The position numbers were made by a program, and so were the translations under genes. A DNA stretch of 34,617 nt from Rhizaria sp. SCN 62-66 (taxonomy: Eukaryota): assembly GCA_001724265.1 (NCBI GenBank), contig MEDY01000327.1:1-34617 (forward strand), given 5' to 3'. The notes below the pieces were generated by a model that searched no databases, was not told the origin of the DNA, and saw only the letters and a list, made by a program, of their open reading frames with translations. Position 1 is the first letter of the stretch. Each line of letters opens with the position of its first letter. This document shows positions 22,458-33,450 of this stretch, one piece after another.

Positions 22458-25400
22458 ATGGGTAACGTGGCAACAATGCTTTTGGGCATTGTGCTTCTGA
22501 CCCATCTTTTAGTGATGGCTAGTGCCATAGACCAGGGGTCTTCTGGCCCTCTCGTTGGTCGTGGTTCTGCTTCCTTTGCTCCTCTGTCACACGCTCAGGC
22601 GCAACAAGATCGCCACTCGTACGTTTCTCATTCATCCCAACGATACAATATCCAGTTAACTATCTTTTCATTTGCTTGTATGCCTTCACACTTCTATCGT
22701 CCCTCCTGGCACCTCCATTGGTTCCCCCTCTCTTTGTCTCCTCTTGCTCCCACACCAACTCACTCTATTCCGCCGTTACCTTTGCTTCCCACACGCACAG
22801 TCCCGCCTCCGCGGAGACCCCTGGTGTATTTGTGCAGACCAACGAGCGCACCCAGCTCTCCCGTGGCGCTCTCAAGAAGCTCCAGCAGCAAATCTCGGGC
22901 GTTCTCGCTCTCGAGAAAGCGTCTCGCAACAGCAACTCCAACAGTGCTGACGCCGCTGCCTCTGCGTCCCTCACCGAGTCTGGCGCCACTGCGACCGCTA
23001 CGGGCGAGGATGCAGGCCTCCCCGCAGACATGTCGCTCGCGCTCAACGAGAACCCCACCCCCTGGTGGCCCGGACGCACTGCCATGTCACAGGTACGTCC
23101 TCCTTTTAACTGCAACAAAATAAGACGTTGCCCAATGTCAATGCTCGCTGCTCTCGGGAGTATTCAATCAGCATTCATATCACATCTTTTTTCAACAGTC
23201 TGTATTCTGTCGTCTCCTAATCATTTTATCTCACTCTGCTGCACGTCTTTCTCTCTTCGCTCTCTCGCTTCTCTCGTATCACACAGGCGCTGAACGAGCA
23301 AGGCTCGACCATCAGCGGCATGGCCTCCGCCCCCGAGCCCGCGGCCCAGGCCAACAACCCGCACATGCCTGGCGGTCCCGCCGGTCTGTGGTGGCTCAAG
23401 AACGCGCCCTGGTTCCTGCCCCCGCCGCCGGAGTGGGGGCCGATCAAGCCCGAGATGTACGCCAACTACTACTACAAGCCCGTCAAGCGTAACTACATGC
23501 TGCCCAACGTGCAGCAGCGCTCTGCGCCGTGGTACGCGCCCAACACCGACGCCGACGGCTCGGCCTCGCACCCGCAGCTACCGGCCGCCTTCCCCGGCCA
23601 GGCCGGCGCCGCAGCTGCTGACGGCGGGATGGGCGTCGAGGGCCAGTGGCAGGGGATCCTCAACGCCGCCGCGGGCCTCCCGTCGAACGTCGCGGCCGGT
23701 CCTGGCAACCCCGGCTCGCTGTTCGCCCCCGGCGCCGCGGCGCCCGGCGGCCCCGGCGGCGACGCTGACGCGCTCTACGGCCACAGCAACTTCGCCGGCA
23801 TCACGGCGCCGGGCGCCCAGCCCTCGGGCCCCATCGGCGCCGGCACCGACGGCGTCGTCTCGCCGCCCTTCCGCGGCATGTACGCCTCGGACCTCAGCAC
23901 CCCTCTGCCGACCGAGACGCTCGCGGGGCCCTCGCCCTCGCTGACTGCCGCGGCCTTCGCGGCCGGCCTCCCGGGCTCTGACGGCAAGCCCTACTCGGCG
24001 CCGCTCTCGGCCAGCGACAACGGGCTGGGCCCCGTCGCCGCGGGCGCCGTCGCGCCGCCCCTGGCTGTCTCGCCGGGCGGCATCTACGCCATGACGGGCA
24101 ACCAGCTCACCGGCGCGTTCCCCGGCGCCGCCACGGGCACCAACACAGGCACCGGCCCCTACGCAGGCCCTGCCGCCAGCGCCGGCCGCGGTTCCGCCCT
24201 GCTCCAGCAGCAGCAGCAGCAAGGCGCCGCGGGGAGCCTGCTGGGCGGTGGCGCGGGCCCCGACAGCCCGTACGCGGCCACGATGGGCGCGCTCGACTCG
24301 AACGGCCTGCCTCTCTACTCGCCCACCGCCTATCCCGGCGGCAACGGCGACGGCGGTGCGGGCGGCCGCAACGGCATGGGCGGCAACGGGCTCGGCGACA
24401 TGAGCAACGCGAACTTCTATGCGGCCAACAACTACAACCCGGCCAACAGCAATTTCAACGCCAATCCCTACGCCGACTCGGCCGCGGCGGGCGCGGCGGG
24501 CGTCAACAGCTACCCCGCGGACCGCGCGCCCTACAACGTCGACCCCCACGCCGCCGGCGGGGCCCCGATCGGCGGCGACGACGCCAGCAGCAACGGCAGC
24601 AACGCGCCCTACGCGCTGGACCCCTACGCCGCCGGCGCGAGCGCGCTGAGCGGGCCAAACGCCAACAACATGTGGCAGCCGCAGTCGGGCGCCGCCGCCG
24701 CGGCCGCCGCCGCTGCGGGCGGCCCCATGGTCGTCGGCGGGAGCGTGGTTGACTATAACACGTTCTCGCCGTCGATGGCGCAGACCCCGTCGGTGGATGC
24801 AGTGACGCCGCAGCAGCAGGCGTCGTTCGCGCTGACGCGGTCGCTGGGCCCGCAGTCGCCGTTCGAGTCGCACTCGGCGCACCACCGCTTCGCGCGCAAC
24901 CGCTTCGACGCCTCGAGCGCAGGCCCCAGTGACCGCTTCGGCCCGCACCGCGGCGCCAACGGGTACAACATCAACAATGGCGAGAGCTACGGCAACGACG
25001 GGATCCGCGTGAGCGGCGATGGCAGCAGTCTCGACGACGCGGCGACGGCGGGCAACGTCGACGCCGCGCTGCGCGACCCCCTGTCGGCGAACTTCGACCC
25101 CGCGAACTGGGTCTACAGCGCGCCGCCCGGGTCCGTGCTGCCGGCCGTACCCGATGCGGGCATGCTGGCGCACGGCGCCACGGGCGTCATGGGTGCGCTG
25201 CCCAGCCCCGGCGCTCTCGCGGTCACCTCCTCCGCGGCCGCGGTCGCAGGTATGTGTCAACACACTCATTCTGCACAGTCATGTGAACCGCTTTTTTACA
25301 TGTCACACGTTCTTATGAATATCTTTTTTTAAACGACAAATCGCTCATCTGTATTTCTTCTTTTTTTAATATGTTTCTCTCTCTCTCTCTGACCCTGAAT

Positions 25401-25849
25401 TCTCTGGCTCTACAGCGTCGGCCGGCGTGCCCGACCTGCTCCACGGCGGCGCGGCCCTCGGCGGCGGCGGCGCGGGTACGTACCGCGACACTGCCGCGTA
25501 CCTGGTCAACGGCCCCGGCGCGGCCATCGGGCTGCCCTCCGTCCGCACGTCCGCGCACTTCACGGGCCTGCAGGGCATGGTGGGCGCGCCGCAGCCGTTC
25601 CCCGACCGGCCGTGCCCCCCCGGCACTCCCGAGGGCTGCGGCGGGCCCGGCATGGCCACGCCTGGGTCCATCAACCAGGACATCAGCACGGGCGGCGGCG
25701 GCGAGGGCGCGACGGGCACGGCGAGCGGCACCGGCAAGGCCGGCCCGTACCCCGGGCTCGCCCCGTGGTTCCAGCCCGATCCCACCAAGGAGCTCGACGT
25801 GACGGGGGAGCAGGCCGCGCTGGGCGATCCGCTCAAGCCAAACACCTGA
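22458..25849 (+). CDS. Secreted Gly/Pro/Ala/Asn/Tyr-rich protein of unknown function; exons 22458-22618, 22801-23092, 23287-25249 and 25416-25849, about 949 aa
   Basis: N-terminal signal peptide MGNVATMLLGIVLLTHLLVMASA. Three GT-AG introns (22619-22800, 23093-23286, 25250-25415) splice four ORF-track fragments into one continuous frame ending in TGA. Confidence 0.8.
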
Positions 25850-26479
25850 GCAATGACGTGAAGTGACTTGAAAGGAGAAGTCTGTGTGTTTTTGTTGCTG
25901 TTGTTGCTGTTGTTTATTTGAAAAGATGAAACGATCGATTCAATAATGGTAATCTTTCGAGGTAACAATGTGTTACTCTCTGTATGATTGCTCTAATAAT
26001 TGTCGTTTTGTTTGGAGTTAAGCGACGGGAGAATAGCGAAGAGGGGCCAGGAACAAAATGGGATAAATTTGTGCAAAAGTACAAACCACATGCTAAAAAA
26101 AATGGCACTCGTTTTATGGCAATACAATAAGACAAAATTCAACACACACCACACTTACAATAACCAAGACTGCTCGACTCCAGTACGTATTGTGTAGGCT
26201 CTCAATAAACTCTACCATATACTACTTTATGATACCGATAAATATATTTTAATCTCCATTTATTGAATACTACATAGTTGTATTTCTCAACCATGCAGCA
26301 AAAACACTATTTGATATGAGTTTAACATGGACTCATGTGGCCTGCGTCACTCAGGATTCTCGTTCACCACGTAGTCCGACGCAAACTTGCACAAGGTGCT
26401 GAAAAGTCAACAAAGGAATTGCTTGAATTGGCATATGCAATGCATCAAGAGTCACCGTAATAATCTCACAATCTTCCTC

Positions 26480-27904
26480 TCATGGTGATGTCACCAATAC
26501 CGGTAGCAAATCGTTCGGAACACTCTCCATCACGCACTTCTTGCGGTACCGGCCGTTGCTGTCTTTATACACGACAAAGTCGGTCCCGCCAGCACCCACG
26601 TTCACAGTGTCGCCGCTGCTGCTCGCACTCGCGCTCGCGCTCGCGCCGCCGCAGTCGCCGCTGCTCCTGCTGCTCGGCGTCAGCACCCCCTTGGAGGGGT
26701 CGAACAAAGGGTCCGCCCTGCACACTGCCTTAACGTTGCCGGCGCACATCGGCGTCATGAAGGGGCAGTACCATCGGTACTTGACCACTTCCCACTGCGA
26801 GAACGCGGACAGGTGACTGTGCGCACCGGAGTAAAGCGCAGAGTTACTCGCACTGTTAGAGTTGGGGTCGGTGTTCACACCGGCGCTGACAGCAGGCGGC
26901 CGAGAGGGGAGCGACGCGGCCTGGCTCACCGACCCGCCGCAGTACAGACGGCTGACAATGTCGATCTCGCGCTGCAGGAAACTAACGCCGCCAGGGCCCG
27001 CGCCACCGCCACTCGCAGTCGAGCTCGCAGGAGAACTCGAGGCGCCAAGTCCGCTGTACGTGGCAAGCGCGCGCGTGGTCGTGGCGAACTGGCACTCGCC
27101 GAAACACTGCGTTTCGCCCCAGGCCACCGCGCAGTCACTATCGTTATCGCAGGGGCCCGCCAGCGCCGCGCGCGCGGCGGCCAACGCGGCCGAGGCTGAG
27201 GCAACCGCGGCGTCGCAGGACTGGCACTGCGCAACATTAGCGGCGCTAGAGCTCGAGCTCGAGGCAGTGTTTGTGGTTCGGGGCCCTGGGATGGGGAACT
27301 CGCTCGCGCCGTAATCGTACATGTCGCCAGCGCCGTCGGCGTGCGCGATGCCGTCTTCTGCGCCGCGGGTGCGCGTGAGGCTGCTGCAAGACGCCGGCGG
27401 CGCGGGCTGCGACAGCGGGTGTGGGTGCGCGCTGATGCCGTCAGTTACGGCGGCGTGGCTCGAGCTCGCAGTCGAGTGAGAGGTCGAGTGAGAGCTAGAG
27501 CCGGGGGCAGAGCACGTTGACGCCATTGCAACACTGCCAGCAGCGGCATTGGCGCTGCCGGTGATGGGCGTGCTCGAGAGCGTGATATACTCCCTTTCCG
27601 TCGCGAACGGATTGAAGGGGAAAACGGAGAATATGTCTTCGAGAGTGACAAACGCGGTCGCAGGAGCGACTGAGAGCGAGGAGAGCGAGAGGAGTAACAG
27701 TGCGGACGTCGCCGTAGCAGCTCTAGCCGTGATCACTGCTGGCGTGGCAGCTGCCGTCGCAACAGCCGCTGAGGCTGAGGCTGTGAGCAGTACCGTTACG
27801 ATGGCAGTGAGCAGAAGCAAGCGGGAGAAGGATGGTGATACAGAGCCGAGAATAAATCGGCTGCGCGGCAACTGGGCCCGCATTAATAAGGCGGCACCTA
27901 GCAT
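26480..27904 (-). CDS. Cys-rich putative membrane or secreted protein, about 474 aa, function unknown
   Basis: First in-frame ATG at 27904. Two hydrophobic stretches (LLLLTAIVTVLLTASA; ALLLLSLSSLSVAPATA) precede a Cys cluster: CQSC...CDNDSDC...TQCFGEC...YC...YCPFMTPMC...AVC...KKCV. Ends in TGA. The start position is uncertain. Confidence 0.7.
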   Translation of the reverse strand: MLGAALLMRAQLPRSRFILGSVSPSFSRLLLLTAIVTVLLTASASAAVATAAATPAVITARAATATSALLLLSLSSLSVAPATAFVTLEDIFSVFPFNPFATEREYITLSSTPITGSANAAAGSVAMASTCSAPGSSSHSTSHSTASSSHAAVTDGISAHPHPLSQPAPPASCSSLTRTRGAEDGIAHADGAGDMYDYGASEFPIPGPRTTNTASSSSSSAANVAQCQSCDAAVASASAALAAARAALAGPCDNDSDCAVAWGETQCFGECQFATTTRALATYSGLGASSSPASSTASGGGAGPGGVSFLQREIDIVSRLYCGGSVSQAASLPSRPPAVSAGVNTDPNSNSASNSALYSGAHSHLSAFSQWEVVKYRWYCPFMTPMCAGNVKAVCRADPLFDPSKGVLTPSSRSSGDCGGASASASASSSGDTVNVGAGGTDFVVYKDSNGRYRKKCVMESVPNDLLPVLVTSP

Positions 27905-29079
27905 ATCGAGCAAGTCGTCGCAAACCAAGTCAGCGCGACTGTTGCTATGGTTGCGCTGAGGCTATGTTGGCTGGTTGTTGTTGCTGTTGATTATCGAGCA
28001 TTCGAAGAAGTATTATTAAGATATGGCGTAGAATATAAAGGATTTCAAGTGAGATTCCTCACTAAATTAGTTATAACGCTTTTTTAATTACTATACTAGC
28101 GAGTTAAATTCATCGTCATTTGTTCATGTGTGTGTCTAGTGCGTGAAAAACAGGGCTTAAGAAGGATTCTATCACGAGGCACGTGGGCCCAACACAAGGC
28201 ATATTCTGGCAAGATCAACACAAACCAAAGCAACGCTGGGATATTATTGACGTACAATGCTTAAGAGCACGAGAAAAAGTCTATATTAGCGCTGCCCTCG
28301 GTCTTCGTTGCTTGCTGGCGACGGGGCGTTACAAAGCTCGAGGATGTAAAGCCGTGCGAGTCCTGCGATTGAATGGTATCTGGGAAGCAAGAAATATCGC
28401 TACAAGTGAGCGTGTAATTTAGTCAGTATACATATATAAAGTGCGTATAACATATATCCAAGCTACGTGACCATCTGACGACGTAAAACGCTTGAGCTGA
28501 TCTCGCCTGTACCATCGAGTCCCCCCTCTCCCACCACAGTCCATCGGCAACAAAGTTGCATGTCGTCGGCAAGCGCGGGACACCCTTCGGGCCATGTCGC
28601 TCCCTGCGAGAAACCTGGCCGACGAAAGAAGAGATAATCTTGGGTTCCCGTCGAACCTCTTCCCTGTTTTCTTATTCGGAGTTAATTATGTTGATATCGT
28701 TTTTGGTGGCAAGTTTCTATCGTCATAGCTGTCGATATAGGCTGTGTTTGACGCCATTAAAGTGTGCTGTTTCTCCCTCGAGACCTGCAGACCACAGCAC
28801 TACTGTATCTACCTCTAGCAGCTTCACACAAGCAGCGGGTACTTCATATTTCGAATATCTATCTTATTTAACATACTGTTCTATCTTGTTGTGCGTGTTT
28901 TATCTCATCAGCTGCTGGCATCCCCTCCAATCTCCCCTTTCCAATTGCCTCCTCGTGTCACCCTCGCTTCCAGAGCTAGCCCCCACGCCCTCGGCTCCGA
29001 CGCTCGACAACAAACACCTCTACGGCTACCCTTGTGCCACAGCGCTGACCCGAGGCGCTTGTGTCTTTTAGAGCCGTTG

Positions 29080-29847
29080 ATGCAGCCGACCCGCCCTCTC
29101 CGCGGCGGCGCCGGCCGTGCCCCGGTTCCCGCTGTTCCTGCTGCTGCACCTGCACCTGCACCTGCACCTGCTGCTGGAACTGCTGCTCCTGCACATGCAA
29201 CCCACGGCCACAGGCACCACGTCCCGGCTCCCCCCGTTGCTGCCACGGCGCACCTGCTGCCCGCGAACGACAACGTGTCGCAAATGCTGCTTGCAGGCTC
29301 CTTCGCGCCCTCGCACCCGTACCTCACCCTCAGCGGCACCACCAACAACCCCAGCGCCCCCGCCGGCGCCGCGAGCGCAAACGCCCTCAACATGAGCGGC
29401 AGCGGGAAGATCATGGCTGCCGCGGTCACCCCGGTGGTTCCCGGCGTCACCAGCGCGAACATCATGCTCACCAACGGCATGATGCCCTCGCTGCCTCTCG
29501 CCACAACATCAGCCAGCGAGACCGCCGCGTGTCCGCCTGACAGCACGGCCGCCGGTGGGATCGGCGACGCCGCGCTGTGGGGCATTTACGGCCCCTACGC
29601 CGCCAACACGCTTGCGCCGCTGTTTCCGCCCGCGGCCGCGACCGCAGCCGACTGCGACGCCGTCAACGCCAATGCCGACGGGGGCTGCAGCACGAGTAAC
29701 AGCAATCCCGTTGGGGCGACGCCGCCTGCAGCGAGCACTGGCGCGAGCGCCATTTCCGTGAGCGGTACGAGTAGCTTTGACGCCCACGCCAACGCTGGCA
29801 CTGGTGTCGCTGCAGTCTCTGAGGCTGACGCGCATGCTGCTGCGACA

Positions 29848-29894
<47 letters not shown>

Positions 29895-32800
29895 AGGCCC
29901 TATTGCGAGTCCGGTTGCTGTGAGCGATGCGACTAGCGCGAGCGGCCTCACGACAAGCGACATCAGCACGGACTCTGATTCGAACGCCTCGAGCCCGGTC
30001 TCGCCCACCTCCGAGAGCCACAACGGCAGCAACGCCGACGCAGCGGCTGCGGCTACGGCTGCGGCAACCGCAGTAGAGTCGCTCTCGCTCAACGTGTCGG
30101 GCAGCAACTCGACCACAGCAGGCGCCAACGCGAAGCAGAGCTCCAGCGCCGCTGTCAGCGCGAGTGTTGGCGCCGGCTCTACTGCTGCTGCTGCTGCGGG
30201 AGGCTCTCAGCTGTCCCGCTTACTACGCAACCACAACCAACAGAGCTCTAGCTCCAGCGCCGCCGGCGCCGGCAGCGCGATGGTCTCGGGCACCTACCGC
30301 GGCTCCACCCCTCTGGCGTCCGGCAGCGCGTCGAGCGCCGGCGGCGGCGGCAGCGGCGGCGGCGCGGGCGGCGGCGCGCAGGATGCCGGCACCGTGTACG
30401 TCCCGGGGCTGGGCGCGGTGCCCGTCGCCGCGGCCACGGCCACGGCGGCGTACCCGGGCACGGTGACGACTCTGGACATCACCACTCGCGACGACCTGGC
30501 CTCGAGCGCGGTCGCCGTCGGCGCCATCGGGCCCGCGCCCGCGCAGACCACCAGCGCCAGCGCTCTCGCCGACTCGAGCAGCAGCAGCAGCACCGGCGGC
30601 GGCGGAGGCGGCGGCGGCGTCATGACGGGCGCGTACGGCGGGGCTCCTGTCTCCGCGAACGCCGCTGCGGGCGGCAACGGCGCCGGGGCGATCAACACGG
30701 CCGCCGCGGGCGCCGGCCTGGGCGGCCTCGGCATGGGCATGGGCATGGGCACAGGCGCCGCGGGCGGCCGGCTCGGCGGCGGCCTAGGCGCTGCCGGCGG
30801 CGGCGGCGTCAGCGGCGGCGGCGGCATGGGGCCGGACGGGTTCTACTGCACTGTATTCTTCCCGTCGCTGCCGTGCGCCAACGCGACGACGCTGCATCAA
30901 ACGCACACGAACATCACGAGCAGCAACGGCGCCAGCGCCAACGCCGTGGCGGACCCGCTGTTTATCCAGCTCATCGTGCCGCCCAACTGCACTGCGCAGC
31001 ACCTGACGACGCTGGCGCAGCGCACACTGCACAAAGACCTCGTGCGCCGCCGCCTGCGGTCCGCCACGGGCGTCAGCGCGGGGCTCGCGGCGCACATCGT
31101 GCTGCGCTACCGCCACAGGCTGGGGCTGCACCCCATCACGTTCACGCCGCCCAGCGCCAGCGCCGGCGCCGGCGCCAGCGCCGCGGGTACTGCTGTCGGG
31201 GGCGCGAGCGCGGCTTCGCCCGCCGCGAGTAATAACGTCGAATATGTGAGCGACCCGTTGAGTGTGCTGGAGCCCAACTTCACGGTGTCAGACCTGTTTG
31301 GACCGCTGCCGCCGTGGTACGTCGAGATGTACTGCGAAAAGCGCCGGCACAACAAGCGGCACGGACACGGACACGGCCACGGACATGGTCACGGTCACGA
31401 TGCTGCCCCAGGCGCCACAAGCAGCCGCTACAGCAGCCACGGCGCCGCGGGGGCGCACGGGCACGCGGGCGCGGGCTCTGCTGCGGGCTCTGGCTCTGCT
31501 GCTGGTGTGACCTCGGGCGACATCGCGAATGCGTACAGCTTGGTTGCGTGGAACGAAGTGGACAACAACATCGACACAAACTACCCTCCGTTCACGTCCT
31601 ACTCCAAAGTGACGCTGCTCGACCTCACTGCGTTTGCCGTCGTGCCCAACGACCCCGATCCGCCTCTAAGTACCCCCGGCGCGGCATCTAAGGGCGGCGT
31701 GCGCCGGCGCGGCCAGGTCAACGACTCGGACTCGGACAATGCAGGCCTCAATAACAACAGCAACACAAACGCCCACGCCGGAGGCTTCGGCGGCCTCAGC
31801 GACAGTGATAGCGAGAGTGACGACGACGGCGCTGGCTATCGTGGCGGCCGCCGCAGCATCCGCGGCAGTCGCCTCGGCGGCGCGGGCGGCGGCAACGACA
31901 ACGACCCGCTGGGGCTGGAGCAGTTCCGCCGCATGCTGGCCGCGCAGGACGCTGCCGCTGCCGCCGCCGCCGCCGCCGCGGGCGCGCCCACCCCCAGCAG
32001 CGCCGCCTCGATAGACGCCATCGGCCACGGCCACGGCCGCGGCCGCCACGGTGGCGGCGACGGCCACGACGACGGCCACAACGACGATGACGACGACGAT
32101 GACGACGACGGGGCCTGGTTCGGCCAGTCGTCCCGCGGCCGCACCTCGTCCCAGGCCCCGCCGCGGCCGCCGGCGCACCTGCGGGCGCCGCAGACGCAGA
32201 CGCAGACGCGGCAGGGCGCCCCCACAGTTGTCGTCGCCGGCAGCGGAAGAGGCGGGCGGAACCAGATGCAGAGCAAGCGCGACCGCAACAACGCCGACGG
32301 CATCAGCAGCAGCAAGAGTGTTTCTGGCAGTCAAAGTGGTGTTTCAGGTGGCAAAGGCAATGGCAAGAGTGACAGTGGCAAAAAGAAAGGTTTCTTTGCG
32401 CGGCTCTTTTCGTGCGGCTGTCTGAGCCCTGGGTCGACTGGCGGACTGGCCCTGGAAGATGGCGGCAGCGACAGCGACGGCGACGACGGGCACCGCAACA
32501 GCAACAGGCACAGTAGTCACGACAACCACAATAACAACCGCAATGCTCATCATAGTAGTAGTAATATTCAATTGACTGAAAACATCCCCAAGATTCATCA
32601 TATCAGTGTTGGCGCTGGCGCTGGCGCCGGTGTTTATAATGGTGCTGGTGGACAGCAGCATGAGATGTAGCAAAAGAGCCTGTACCGGACCGCGAACAAT
32701 GCTAGTACGAAGACGAACAGTACTGGTAACACTGTTCCCAATAACAGCAGCAACAACAACGTTGATGTGGCCGTGACCTCTGCCGGGCGTCCGTCTGTGT

Positions 32801-33450
32801 CGATCACGAACACAACTGCACCGACACCGAATCACAACAACAATAGCCATAACCGCCACAACAGCAGCAGCAACACGAACATGAACGCGATCGCCGCTAC
32901 GTACGACAACGACAACGATGATGAAGCGGAGAGTGGCGTCGGCGCTGGCGCTGGGGGGCGCAGAGGCAGCGGAAGTGTGAGTCTGATGAGTAGCGCGAGC
33001 TTCAGTCAACAGAGCAAGAACAGCCACAAGAGTGCGTCGCACGCGAACATCACGCACAGCAAGAGTAAGGGTGGCAAGGGCAGCAAAAGCAAGACTAAGA
33101 CTAAAGGTGGTGCGTACGGTGTTGGTGACAGCGAGGGCGACTATGACTTTGACAGCGTTAACATCAATGACGATAAGGACAACCACATGGCAAATAACAA
33201 GAGCGGTCACGCGGATAATGTCAACACCAACAAGCCATTGGGCAGCGTAAGTCATAACAACAGTCGCAGTGCAAGCCGGAGCACCAACAGGAGCAACGAG
33301 CATTCGACGCGTCACTCTGCACACTCTATCGGTGTTGATGTCGACGTTGATGCGATCGGCGCCGCGGTCCGTGGCGGTGGTCGTGACTTTGATCTTGACG
33401 ATGTTGACCACCGAGAAGACGGGGTGGCTGTGGAGATTGAGCTGAGCTAA
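29080..33450 (+). CDS. Large low-complexity protein of unknown function: 1196 aa to TAG 32668-32670, or 1456 aa if that TAG is read through to TAA 33448-33450
   Basis: Continuous GC-rich frame from ATG 29080. ORF 32767..33450 is in the same frame with no stop between 32671 and 33447 and has similar Asn/Ser/Gly/Asp/His composition. AT-rich DNA starts only after 33450. Confidence 0.7.
29851..29892 (+). repeat. (GCT)14 microsatellite encoding poly-Ala
   Basis: Perfect trinucleotide run. Confidence 0.9.

Noticed and set aside
28891-29079. ORF-track N-terminal extensions from GTG/TTG starts (also 6984, 5540, 11711, 22132, 3535)
   Set aside because: In this eukaryotic context these segments are pyrimidine-rich intron or UTR sequence; ATG starts or splice acceptors explain the real frames.
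32667-32676. A micro-intron GTAGCAAAAG that would remove the in-frame TAG
   Set aside because: At 10 nt it is far below the 126-286 nt introns seen here, lacks the GTACG/GTATG donor, and would shift the frame away from the open downstream frame.
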